A DNA stretch of 64,000 nucleotides from NCBI GenBank assembly GCA_032057205.1, contig DAMCFT010000004.1, forward strand, positions 132,890 through 196,889. The letters are read 5' to 3'. A program made the position numbers and the translations under genes. This document shows, piece after piece, positions 27,183-35,568 of this stretch. The notes under the pieces are model-generated. The model searched no databases and was not told where the DNA came from. It was given only the letters and a program-made list of their open reading frames with translations. The DNA comes from Kaistella sp. Its GTDB lineage: Bacteria; Bacteroidota; Bacteroidia; Flavobacteriales; Weeksellaceae. Positions within the stretch are counted from its first letter, which is position 1. Each line of letters begins with the position of its first letter.

Positions 27183-27461
27183 ATGGAGAATTTAAGCAAT
27201 CAAACACCACCGAAAAGCTGGTTGGTGGAATCTATTTTGGCCACTTTATTTTGCTGCCTGCCTTTCGGTATCGTCGGTATCGTGAACGCTTCAAAAGTGG
27301 AGGCGCGTTTTTATGCCGGTGATCTGGCCGGCGCGCAGCGCTATTCTGAAGAAGCGAAAAAATGGACGCTGATCAGCGTGGTACTGGCACTGGTCGGAAT
27401 TGGAGCTTATTTTATTCTTGTATTTATTGCTGGTGTATCACTTTTTAGTTCACAATATTAA
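27183..27461 (+). CDS. CD225/dispanin (IFITM-like) family membrane protein
   Basis: 92 aa. WLVESILATLFCCLPFGIVGIVNASKVEARFYAGDLAGAQRYSEEAKKW plus a second TM helix. Aligns by eye with the CD225 core of human IFITM3. Confidence 0.8.
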   Translation: MENLSNQTPPKSWLVESILATLFCCLPFGIVGIVNASKVEARFYAGDLAGAQRYSEEAKKWTLISVVLALVGIGAYFILVFIAGVSLFSSQY

Positions 27462-27831
27462 ATACCTGAAAGCGGGTCTGCTGGTGATCTTTCTGGGTGG
27501 TTTGGCCTTGATTTATAAAACCTACAATCCACTGGAAAGTCACTGGTTTCCGAAATGCCCTTTTCTTTCCCTCACGGGCTTGCAATGTCCGGGCTGCGGT
27601 TCCCAGCGCGCCCTTCATCATCTGCTGAACTTTCATATAACTGAGGCGACGCGAGAAAACCTTTTACTCGTTTTGTCGATACCGTATATTCTGACGGGCC
27701 TTATTTTTAATCTAATTAAAAGTACAGATCCATCCTTTTTACAATGGAGAAAACGGCTGTTCGGGCCGCGGGCGATTATGGTAGTACTGGTGGTGATTTT
27801 GGCTTTTTGGGTGATTAGAAATAGTATATAA
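27400..27831 (+). CDS. DUF2752-type membrane protein
   Basis: 143 aa (longest frame). CPFLSLTGLQCPGCGSQRALHHLL motif after the first TM helix. Start uncertain (ATG 27400, GTG 27433 or GTG 27484). The longest frame overlaps the CD225 gene by 62 nt. Confidence 0.7.
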   Translation: MELILFLYLLLVYHFLVHNIKYLKAGLLVIFLGGLALIYKTYNPLESHWFPKCPFLSLTGLQCPGCGSQRALHHLLNFHITEATRENLLLVLSIPYILTGLIFNLIKSTDPSFLQWRKRLFGPRAIMVVLVVILAFWVIRNSI

Positions 27832-27838
27832 AATTTAT

Positions 27839-28585
27839 ATGAACAAATTCTTTACTCTTGCTCTTTTCTTCACCGCATGCTTCGCTTTTGCGCAGAAAGT
27901 ACTTCCTTATTATCCCAACGGGCAGGACGCCTACCAAGGCGGTGCGGCTGCCATGTTCGGGGAGATGCAGCAATATTTCGTCAGTAGCAACCTGAAGCCT
28001 TGCGCCAAACAGGAAATGTACTGGGTGCACCTGAAAATAGATGAAACCGGAAAACCGGCGCTGGTGCGAAGAAAAAATGATGCTGCGGCGGTAGAGAAAA
28101 ACAGATGTGCCTATGAATTGGCTGTCCGCTCGCTGGGAACTTTGCGAAAATGGCAGCCTGCCGAAGTAAACGGTAAAAAAGTAACCGCCCATTTTGACTT
28201 TCCTTTTCATCCCGCAGATTTCTTTGATTCCTACATCCCGGGATATGATATTACAACGACCATTAACCGGCCTGCACTGCCCGGAGGTGTCAACGCCTTT
28301 AGAAAAGAGTTTCACAAATATGTAGGCGGGTATCTGGACTGGGACAGCTACCGTCCGGAGGGTGTCTTCATGCTGAGTTTTGACGTAGGTCCAACTGGTA
28401 AAATGGAAAATTTTGATATTGAACCTAAAATAGCCAACAGCGATCGGCTACTGGCAGATATTGTAACTGCCGTCAAGAAAATGAAAAAAACCTGGACGCC
28501 TGCAAAGTTGAACGGAGTGCCGGTTAAGTACACCTTTAGATTGCCGATCAATTTCAGCACCGAACATTACACAGAAGATTTTTAA
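27839..28585 (+). CDS. secreted protein with two TonB-C-terminal-like modules
   Basis: 248 aa. Signal peptide MNKFFTLALFFTACFAFAQ. Two copies of the W.PA..NGK.V..F.FP pattern (KWQPAEVNGKKVTAHFDFPF; TWTPAKLNGVPVKYTFRLPI). Confidence 0.5.
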   Translation: MNKFFTLALFFTACFAFAQKVLPYYPNGQDAYQGGAAAMFGEMQQYFVSSNLKPCAKQEMYWVHLKIDETGKPALVRRKNDAAAVEKNRCAYELAVRSLGTLRKWQPAEVNGKKVTAHFDFPFHPADFFDSYIPGYDITTTINRPALPGGVNAFRKEFHKYVGGYLDWDSYRPEGVFMLSFDVGPTGKMENFDIEPKIANSDRLLADIVTAVKKMKKTWTPAKLNGVPVKYTFRLPINFSTEHYTEDF

Positions 28586-28703
28586 TACGAGCAGGGCCCC
28601 TTCCGCAATTAGTTCGCAGTGGCGCAGTTTGTGGTCTTTTGTTCTGCTTCCGGCTGACGATCAGTCTGTCGGTCCGGCTCTGTTTTTCTTGTGAAAAAAT
28701 CTG

Positions 28704-28711
28704 TATTTTTG
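28704..28711 (+). promoter_or_regulatory. candidate -7 box for the aminotransferase gene
   Basis: TAttTTTG, 17 nt before ATG 28729. Confidence 0.45.
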
Positions 28712-28728
28712 TCAAAAATTAAAACAGC

Positions 28729-29934
28729 ATGCCAACGATTTCGCAACGCGCTCAGAATATGCCTGCCTCACCGGTTAGAAAACTGGTTCCATATGCTTTG
28801 CAGGCCAAGCAAAAAGGGATTAAAGTATATCACCTGAATATCGGCCAGCCCGATATTGAAACGCCGCAGTCAGCGCTGGATGCTGTGAAGAATAATGACC
28901 TCAGCATTTTCGAGTATTCACTGTCGGAAGGAAATCTGGAATACCGCACGGCACTGCAGCAGTACTACCATACTTTAGGTTTCACAGACCTGACCACTGA
29001 TAATTTCATCGTAACCAACGGTGGTTCTGAAGCTTTGAACTTTGCTATTTCCACCTTGTGTGATGATGGAGATGAAATTATTATTCCGGAACCCTACTAT
29101 GCAAACTATAATGGTTTTGCAAACAGTTTTAATGTAAACGTGGTTTCCGTGCCGTCCAGCATTGATACAGGTTTTGCCCTGCCGCCCATGGCTGAGCTGG
29201 AAGCAAAGATTACCGATAAGACTAAAGCAATCCTGATTTGCAACCCGGGCAATCCGACCGGTTATCTGTACACCCGCGAAGAGCTGCAGCAGTTGGCAGA
29301 GATTGCGCTAAAGCACGATATCGTCATCATTTCAGATGAAGTGTACCGCGAATATGTGTATGATGGCAAGCAACAGATTTCCATGCTCGAGTTTCCTGAA
29401 CTGGAAAACCACTGTATTATTATCGATTCCGAATCTAAGCGCTATTCCATGTGTGGGGTGCGGATTGGCTTTATGGTAACTCGGTCCAAAGCAATTCACG
29501 ATGCAGCTATGCTGTTTGCGCAGGCACGTTTAAGCCCTGTCTTGCTGGGCCAGATTGCGGCGGCCGCAGCACACGTGAATGATGCAGATTATATCCTCAA
29601 GGTTCGCGCTGAATATACCTCACGCCGAAACCTGCTCGTGGATTTGTTAAACGGTATTCCGGGCGTAATCTGTCCGAAGCCAAAGGGAGCCTTTTACTGC
29701 GCCGTAGAACTTCCGGTGGATGATTCCGATAAGTTTGCCCAATGGTTACTGGAAAGCTATTGCCATAACAACGAAACCGTGATGGTTGCGCCCATGAGCG
29801 GCTTTTACAGTGATCCTGAACTTGGTAAAAAGCAGGTGCGTATTGCCTACGTCCTGAAAGAAGAAGATTTGCGCCGCAGCGTGGAATTGCTGAACGATGC
29901 GATCCAAAAGTACCGCGCTGAATTCCAACTCTGA
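28729..29934 (+). CDS. PLP-dependent aminotransferase, class I (aspartate/aromatic type)
   Basis: 401 aa. NIGQPD, NPGNPTG, and SESKRYSMCGVRIG (PLP-Lys region). Confidence 0.85.
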   Translation: MPTISQRAQNMPASPVRKLVPYALQAKQKGIKVYHLNIGQPDIETPQSALDAVKNNDLSIFEYSLSEGNLEYRTALQQYYHTLGFTDLTTDNFIVTNGGSEALNFAISTLCDDGDEIIIPEPYYANYNGFANSFNVNVVSVPSSIDTGFALPPMAELEAKITDKTKAILICNPGNPTGYLYTREELQQLAEIALKHDIVIISDEVYREYVYDGKQQISMLEFPELENHCIIIDSESKRYSMCGVRIGFMVTRSKAIHDAAMLFAQARLSPVLLGQIAAAAAHVNDADYILKVRAEYTSRRNLLVDLLNGIPGVICPKPKGAFYCAVELPVDDSDKFAQWLLESYCHNNETVMVAPMSGFYSDPELGKKQVRIAYVLKEEDLRRSVELLNDAIQKYRAEFQL

Positions 29935-29952
29935 TTATAAAGTATAATAAAC

Positions 29953-29975
29953 AGGCGGGCTGCGGCCCGCTTTTT
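29953..29975 (+). terminator. rho-independent terminator after the aminotransferase gene
   Basis: gcgggc-tgcg-gcccgc followed by ttttt. Confidence 0.65.
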
Positions 29976-29987
29976 CATTTAAGTCTG

Positions 29988-31004
29988 ATGGAGATACACG
30001 AAAACTTTTCTTTACAATCCTATAATACGTTTGGTGTTCCCGCACACGCACGCTATTTCGCAGAGGTGCAAAATACAGAAGAATTGCGATCCGTGCTGCA
30101 ACAATTCGGAGCCGAAATGCCGCGTCTTTTTCTGGGTGGTGGCAGCAATGTGCTGCTGACGTCCGATTTTCCGGGTCTTGTTATTCACCTGAATCTGAAA
30201 GGAATAGAGAAAAAAGTTATTTCAGAGAATCACGTTCTGGTTACAGCTCAGGCCGGGGAAAATTGGCATGCTTTCGTGCAGTATTGTCTGTCGCAGGAAT
30301 ATGGCGGACTCGAAAATCTGTCGCTGATTCCCGGAAATGTGGGGACATCCCCTATGCAGAATATCGGTGCCTACGGCGTTGAAATTAAGGATACTTTTGA
30401 GTCGTGCGAAGTTTTGAATCTTGAAACCCTGGAAACCGAAATTTTCACTGCACAACAATGTGATTTCGGCTACCGTGAGTCGTACTTTAAAAAAGAAGGA
30501 AAAAATAAATATGTCATTCTCTCCGTCACGTTCAGGTTAACTACCCAGCATCATACGATCAAAATGTCCTATGGTGCCATCCAGGAAGAACTGAAGAAAA
30601 AAGGAATTGAAAATCCGAGCATCCGCCAGCTTTCCGAGGCGGTAATTACCATTCGTCAAAGTAAATTACCGGATCCGGCGGTAACAGGAAACGCCGGCAG
30701 CTTTTTTAAAAATCCGGTGATTTCGCAGGAAGCATTTATTAAAATTAAGGAAAAATATCCACACATTCCGTCTTATCCGGCTGGGGAACATGTGAAAGTG
30801 CCGGCCGGTTGGCTCATTGAAACCGCTGGCTGGAAAGGCAGGCAAATAGGCAATGTCGCCTCACATGCGCAGCAGGCTTTAGTCCTCATTAATAAAACCG
30901 GCCACGCGACCGGACAGGAAATATTTGATTTTTCGGCCGGCTTAATCCGCGACGTTCAGCAAAAATTCAGAATTACGCTGGAGCGTGAGGTGAATATTAT
31001 TTAA
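29988..31004 (+). CDS. murB: UDP-N-acetylmuramate dehydrogenase
   Basis: 338 aa. FAD-binding LGGGSNVL and GNAGSFFKNP. Confidence 0.9.
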   Translation: MEIHENFSLQSYNTFGVPAHARYFAEVQNTEELRSVLQQFGAEMPRLFLGGGSNVLLTSDFPGLVIHLNLKGIEKKVISENHVLVTAQAGENWHAFVQYCLSQEYGGLENLSLIPGNVGTSPMQNIGAYGVEIKDTFESCEVLNLETLETEIFTAQQCDFGYRESYFKKEGKNKYVILSVTFRLTTQHHTIKMSYGAIQEELKKKGIENPSIRQLSEAVITIRQSKLPDPAVTGNAGSFFKNPVISQEAFIKIKEKYPHIPSYPAGEHVKVPAGWLIETAGWKGRQIGNVASHAQQALVLINKTGHATGQEIFDFSAGLIRDVQQKFRITLEREVNII

Positions 31005-31216
31005 TAATTATAAAAAGCACAGAAAACGGATTGAGCAAGATATAAAACGAAGGGGGTGAAGTTGCGGCAATTGCCATAATCGCAGCAGGTTTGGGAAATG
31101 AAGTGGCAAAAGCGCTGATTTTCTTTAAAATAATACACCGCGGCACTTGTCTAAATAAAAATTTCTTCGTTATTTTGCACTCTCAAATATTTAGTAGCTA
31201 AAAAGAACATCGAGAT

Positions 31217-31459
31217 ATGTCAAGAATTTGCCAAATAACAGGAAAGCGTGCTATGGTTGGAAACAGCGTTTCTCACGCTAACAACAAAACGAAGCGTCGT
31301 TTTGAAATCAACCTACTGGAGAAGAAGTTTTACCTGCCTGAGCAGGAAAAATCTGTGACGCTGAAAGTTTCGGCACACGGACTGAGAATCATTAACAAAA
31401 TCGGAATCGAGGAGGCGTTGGAAAATGCAACCAGAAACGGTTTCATTAAAAAAGCTTAA
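31217..31459 (+). CDS. rpmB: 50S ribosomal protein L28
   Basis: 80 aa. MSRICQITGKRAMVGNSVSHANNKTKRRF. Confidence 0.95.
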   Translation: MSRICQITGKRAMVGNSVSHANNKTKRRFEINLLEKKFYLPEQEKSVTLKVSAHGLRIINKIGIEEALENATRNGFIKKA

Positions 31460-31465
31460 GAAGTC

Positions 31466-31648
31466 ATGGCAAAAAAAGGAAATAGAGTACAGGTTATTTT
31501 GGAATGCACCGAGCACAAAGAAAGTGGCGTTGCAGGAATGTCCAGATACATTACTACTAAAAATAAAAAGAACACTACTGAAAGACTGGAACTGAAAAAG
31601 TTCAACCCGGTTTTGAAAAAGTACACTGTTCACAAAGAAATTAAGTAA
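31466..31648 (+). CDS. rpmG: 50S ribosomal protein L33
   Basis: 60 aa. [17 protein letters not shown]...[21 protein letters not shown]. Confidence 0.95.
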   Translation: MAKKGNRVQVILECTEHKESGVAGMSRYITTKNKKNTTERLELKKFNPVLKKYTVHKEIK

Positions 31649-31667
31649 TTTTTTAAGTATATAAAAA

Positions 31668-31823
31668 ATGGCAAAAAAAGTAGTAGCAACACTTCAGGGT
31701 GGGGCAGGTTCAAAAAAAATGACCAAAGTAGTGAAAATGGTACGTTCTGCTAAGACAGGTGCTTACGTTTTCGACGAAAAAGTAATGGGCGCTGACGAAG
31801 TTGACGCTTACCTGAAAAAATAA
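31668..31823 (+). CDS. DUF4295 small basic protein (Bacteroidota-specific, follows rpmG)
   Basis: Not in ORF track (51 aa). My translation: MAKKVVATLQGGAGSKKMTKVVKMVRSAKTGAYVFDEKVMGADEVDAYLKK. Conserved position after rpmB-rpmG. Confidence 0.8.
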   Translation: MAKKVVATLQGGAGSKKMTKVVKMVRSAKTGAYVFDEKVMGADEVDAYLKK

Positions 31824-31851
31824 TCGCAACCACTGCGATGATATAAGAAAA

Positions 31852-31877
31852 GACTATCCACAAGGGTAGTTTTTTTG
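31852..31877 (+). terminator. rho-independent terminator after rpmB-rpmG-DUF4295
   Basis: actatcc-acaa-gggtagt (7 bp including one G.U) followed by T6. Confidence 0.55.
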
Positions 31878-31880
31878 TTT

Positions 31881-31888
31881 TATCTTTG
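31881..31888 (+). promoter_or_regulatory. candidate -7 box for ftsY
   Basis: TAtcTTTG, 48 nt before ATG 31937. Confidence 0.4.
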
Positions 31889-31936
31889 TTCGCCGCTGCT
31901 GGCGGCTTTTTATTTACTTTTAATTTATACACACGA

Positions 31937-32893
31937 ATGAGCTGGTTTAAAAAAGTTTTCGGCCGGGAAGAAAAGGAAAGCCTGGATAAAGGACTGGAGA
32001 AATCCAGTCAGGGATTCTTTGAAAAGATTTCAAAAGCAGTGGTGGGGAAATCCCGCGTGGACGATGAAGTGCTGGATGACCTGGAGGAAGTGCTGATTGC
32101 TTCCGATGTCGGTGCGGAAACCACTATTAAAATCATTAAGCGCATTGAAGACCGTGTGGCCCGCGATAAGTTCGTGGGAACCGATGAACTGAATACCATC
32201 TTGCGTGAGGAAATCAGCGGCCTGCTGCTCGAAAATCCGCTGGCTGCGACCGGCAATATTGACGAATCCAAAAAGCCATACGTCATTATGGTTGTCGGTG
32301 TAAACGGAGTCGGGAAAACCACCACCATCGGTAAGCTGGCACATCAGTTTAAAACCGATGGCAAAAATGTCGTTTTGGGTGCGGCCGATACCTTCCGAGC
32401 GGCGGCAGTAGATCAGCTTGTTATTTGGAGTGAGCGTGTAGGCGTACCGATTGTCAAGCAGGGTATGGGCAGTGATCCGGCCTCGGTAGCTTTTGATACG
32501 GTGCAAAGTGCGGTGGCCAGTCAGGCAGACGTTGTTATTATCGACACCGCTGGTAGATTGCATAATAAAGTTAACCTGATGAACGAGCTGACCAAAATCA
32601 AGCGTGTGATGCAAAAAGTAATTCCGGATGCACCACATGAAATCCTGCTCGTGCTGGATGGTTCCACGGGACAAAATGCTTTTGAGCAGGCGAAACAATT
32701 TACCGCAGCCACAGAAGTCAATGCACTGGCAGTAACCAAACTGGACGGTACGGCGAAAGGCGGTGTGGTCATTGGAATTTCCGACCAGTTTCAGATACCG
32801 GTTAAGTATATTGGCGTAGGTGAGAAGATGACCGATCTCCAGCTGTTTAACGGAAGCGAATTTGTGGATTCCTTTTTTAAACAAAGATCCTGA
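31937..32893 (+). CDS. ftsY: signal recognition particle-docking protein FtsY
   Basis: ORF track 31886 trimmed to ATG 31937 (MSWFKKVFGREEKE). GVNGVGKTTTIGKLA, DTAGRL, TKLDGTAKGG. Confidence 0.95.
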   Translation: MSWFKKVFGREEKESLDKGLEKSSQGFFEKISKAVVGKSRVDDEVLDDLEEVLIASDVGAETTIKIIKRIEDRVARDKFVGTDELNTILREEISGLLLENPLAATGNIDESKKPYVIMVVGVNGVGKTTTIGKLAHQFKTDGKNVVLGAADTFRAAAVDQLVIWSERVGVPIVKQGMGSDPASVAFDTVQSAVASQADVVIIDTAGRLHNKVNLMNELTKIKRVMQKVIPDAPHEILLVLDGSTGQNAFEQAKQFTAATEVNALAVTKLDGTAKGGVVIGISDQFQIPVKYIGVGEKMTDLQLFNGSEFVDSFFKQRS

Positions 32894-32898
32894 TAAAT

Positions 32899-32936
32899 AA
32901 AAGACTGATATTCATAGCGATATCAGTCTTTTTTTT
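32899..32936 (+). terminator. rho-independent terminator after ftsY
   Basis: aaaagactgatat-tcatagcg-atatcagtctttt: 9-bp core stem plus A/T extension, then a T run. Confidence 0.75.
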
Positions 32937-32982
32937 GCCTTGCTCCCACACCCGGACAACTGCGCGTTTTCCGTTTTGGTCC

Positions 32983-32990
32983 TATGTTTG
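32983..32990 (+). promoter_or_regulatory. candidate -7 box for the GlsB/YeaQ gene
   Basis: TAtgTTTG, 50 nt before ATG 33041. Confidence 0.35.
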
Positions 32991-33040
32991 ATATTTAGTG
33001 TTTACAAATCACAAAATATTAATTATTAAATTTTAAAACT

Positions 33041-33295
33041 ATGGGAATTTTATCGTGGATCATTTTTGGTCTGATCGCAGGTGCAATTGCAAAATTTATT
33101 ATGCCGGGTAACCAGTCAATGGGGTGGCTCATGACTATTATTTTAGGAATCGTGGGGGCGTTCGTCGGCGGTTTCATCGGCAGTCTGATTGGCTGGGGAA
33201 CTGTGGAGGAATTTGATATTAAGAGTATGTTGCTGGCAGTGCTGGGTGCCATTGTAGTTCTTTGGCTGTTCGGAATGTCACAACGTCGCGCATAA
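33041..33295 (+). CDS. GlsB/YeaQ/YmgE family (transglycosylase-associated) stress membrane protein
   Basis: 84 aa. ILSWIIFGLIAGAIAKFIMPG...IILGIVGAFVGGFIG. Confidence 0.8.
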   Translation: MGILSWIIFGLIAGAIAKFIMPGNQSMGWLMTIILGIVGAFVGGFIGSLIGWGTVEEFDIKSMLLAVLGAIVVLWLFGMSQRRA

Positions 33296-33311
33296 AACAC
33301 ACAAATGAAAT

Positions 33312-33350
33312 TAAAAAATCCCGCTCAGGTCAAACTGTGCGGGATTTCTT
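33312..33350. terminator. bidirectional hairpin terminator (glsB-like / sppA convergent)
   Basis: aaaaatcccgc-tcaggtcaaactgt-gcgggattt, with A run on the left and T-rich run on the right. Confidence 0.65.
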
Positions 33351-33354
33351 CTTT

Positions 33355-35112
33355 TTATCTGGTTTTAATCTCGAATGGCATCTGCATCATTACGCCCTCC
33401 TGGAAACGTGGTTGGGTGATTTGCTCCATCAGTCGGTAATTCTCCGCACCCAGACGGCTTTTCAGCAGTCGCGTCGTAACCTGGTTTTCATCCATATCCT
33501 TAAAGAACTGATCAAATGGATTTACTTTTTTAGGATAAGTGGTGAGGCCATATCCGTCTTTAAGTTTCGCCTTTTTTGCTGCAAAGGCAATAGCGTCATG
33601 CAGGCTGCCCAATTCATCCACGAGGCCTAATTCTTTTGCTCTGGTACCGCTCCACACGCGGCCACCGCCGATTTCATCAATCGCTTCGAAAGATTTCTTT
33701 CTGTTCTGCGTAACAAAGTGTACGAAACGTTTGTAGGTGTTCTCCACACTTCTGGTCATGATGGAAACGCCTCCTGCAGAAACACCATTCACCGGTGAAT
33801 ACATGTTCGAATTGGCATTCGTATTCACAGCTTCAGAGTGAATCCCGTTTCTGTTGGCTAAGTCTTTGAAATAGGGAATCATGCCAAACACGCCAATGGA
33901 ACCTGTCAACGTATTGGGTTCAGAATAAATGCGGTCAGCCGCCATGGCGATATAATATCCGCCGGAGGCTGCATAATCTCCGAATGAAACCACCAATGGT
34001 TTTTTCTTTTTTAATTCCTGCAGTTCAAACAGGATTTCGTCCGAAGCATTGGCACTTCCGCCGGGCGAGTTGATACGCAGCACAACAGCCTTGATCTTTT
34101 CGTCTTTTGCCAGTTTGCGAATATCTTTCACAAAATTCTCAGCATAGATTTCATCATATCCTTCACCACCATAAATGGCGCCGGAAGCATAAAGTACACC
34201 GATCTCACCATCACCTTTTTTATCATCGCTGAAGGTGCGGATGTATTTGCTGAATGAAACCTGAGCTAATTTGTCTTTTTCTTTAAGTTGTAATTTATTT
34301 TTAATAAAATCTTCATATTCTCCTTTCTGCGCCAGTTGGTCGGTGAGTTTGTATTTCAGGCATAACTCCGGGATCGCTCCGTACAGACTGTCGGTTACCA
34401 TTTTGAACTGTTCAGCAGATAACTTGCGGGAAGCAGCCATTTTTGTGGCCTGTGTATTCCATACATCATTTAACAATGTGGAAAGCTGTTCACGGTTTTC
34501 TTCCGACATGTCGTTTCTCATATACGGTTCTACCGCGGATTTATATTTTCCGTGCCGGATGATTTCCAGGCCGATTCCATATTTATCTGCAAATTCTTTC
34601 AGATACATCACTTCCATACTCAGGCCCTTGAGGTCGATGGCACCTGCCGGGTGCAGGAAATAACGGTCTGCCACAGAGCCCAGGTAATATGCCGGCTGAG
34701 AAACGGTGTTACCATATGCATACACAAATTTTCCGCTTTTCCTAAAGTCTTCCAGTGCGCGGCGAAGCGCATCCAGCTGGGTAAGGCCAGCCTGCATTCC
34801 ATCGGTCTCCAGGCTGATGCCTTTGATTTTATCATCTTTCGCGGCGCGGTTCACTGCCTCCACCATATCATAGATCATCACATTCTTACTGTTGCTTTGT
34901 AAGGAGAAAATACCATCATTGTCTTCAGCCGGACTGTCGATAATATTGGTTTTAAAATCGAGCGTCAGCACGGTTTTATCTTTTAGGTTGGGTTTCGAGG
35001 GGTTACTGAAAGCACTGGCGGCGATCATCATGATTAAAGAAATGCCGAACAGGGCCGCAATGATAATGATCGCGACAATGTTGGCAAATACCATTTTGAA
35101 AAAACTCTTCAT
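33355..35112 (-). CDS. sppA: signal peptide peptidase SppA, 67K type
   Basis: 585 aa. N-terminal TM helix and two S49 domains (second contains AASGGYYIAMAADRIY). Confidence 0.9.
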   Translation of the reverse strand: MKSFFKMVFANIVAIIIIAALFGISLIMMIAASAFSNPSKPNLKDKTVLTLDFKTNIIDSPAEDNDGIFSLQSNSKNVMIYDMVEAVNRAAKDDKIKGISLETDGMQAGLTQLDALRRALEDFRKSGKFVYAYGNTVSQPAYYLGSVADRYFLHPAGAIDLKGLSMEVMYLKEFADKYGIGLEIIRHGKYKSAVEPYMRNDMSEENREQLSTLLNDVWNTQATKMAASRKLSAEQFKMVTDSLYGAIPELCLKYKLTDQLAQKGEYEDFIKNKLQLKEKDKLAQVSFSKYIRTFSDDKKGDGEIGVLYASGAIYGGEGYDEIYAENFVKDIRKLAKDEKIKAVVLRINSPGGSANASDEILFELQELKKKKPLVVSFGDYAASGGYYIAMAADRIYSEPNTLTGSIGVFGMIPYFKDLANRNGIHSEAVNTNANSNMYSPVNGVSAGGVSIMTRSVENTYKRFVHFVTQNRKKSFEAIDEIGGGRVWSGTRAKELGLVDELGSLHDAIAFAAKKAKLKDGYGLTTYPKKVNPFDQFFKDMDENQVTTRLLKSRLGAENYRLMEQITQPRFQEGVMMQMPFEIKTR

Positions 35113-35123
35113 AATTCTTTTTC

Positions 35124-35131
35124 TAATTTTG
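35124..35131 (+). promoter_or_regulatory. candidate -7 box for folK (leaderless-type spacing)
   Basis: TAatTTTG, 4 nt before ATG 35136. Confidence 0.45.
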
Positions 35132-35135
35132 CAAT

Positions 35136-35558
35136 ATGTCGCAGCATACCCTCACTTTGTTACTCGGAAGTAATCTTGGAAACCCATCTCAAAACATAAC
35201 TGAAGCCTTGGAATATCTGGAAACGCGTCTGGGCGCGGTTTTGCAGCGTTCTGAAATGCTGAAAACAGCCCCTGTAGAATTTGCGAGTAGTAATTTTTTT
35301 TGTAATATTGCAGTTCAGTTAAAAACTTGCTATTCTCCGTTAAAAGTTCTTAATATTATTAAAGATATTGAACGTGAGATGGGCAGAGCAACAGACACAT
35401 CAATTTCAAAAATCTATACTGACCGGATTATTGACATCGATGTGGTTTTTTTTGACCATTTGAAGTATATAAGCCGTTCTTTGTGCCTGCCACATGAGAA
35501 GCATGCCTCGCAGCGTGAATTCTCCCGCAAGTTACTGGAGCAGCTGGCAGAACATTAA
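35136..35558 (+). CDS. folK: 2-amino-4-hydroxy-6-hydroxymethyldihydropteridine diphosphokinase
   Basis: 140 aa. LLLGSNLGN, RIIDIDVVFF, LPHEK. Confidence 0.85.
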   Translation: MSQHTLTLLLGSNLGNPSQNITEALEYLETRLGAVLQRSEMLKTAPVEFASSNFFCNIAVQLKTCYSPLKVLNIIKDIEREMGRATDTSISKIYTDRIIDIDVVFFDHLKYISRSLCLPHEKHASQREFSRKLLEQLAEH

Positions 35559-35568
35559 AAACCATAAT

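Noticed and set aside
24780-28585. Calling the AT-rich block (and the 51.6-58.7 kb glycosyltransferase block) a mobile element or genomic island.
   Set aside because: No integrase, transposase, tRNA attachment site, direct flanking repeats or conjugation/phage genes are visible. Only compositional deviation supports foreign origin, so I report it as an observation rather than a mobile-element feature.
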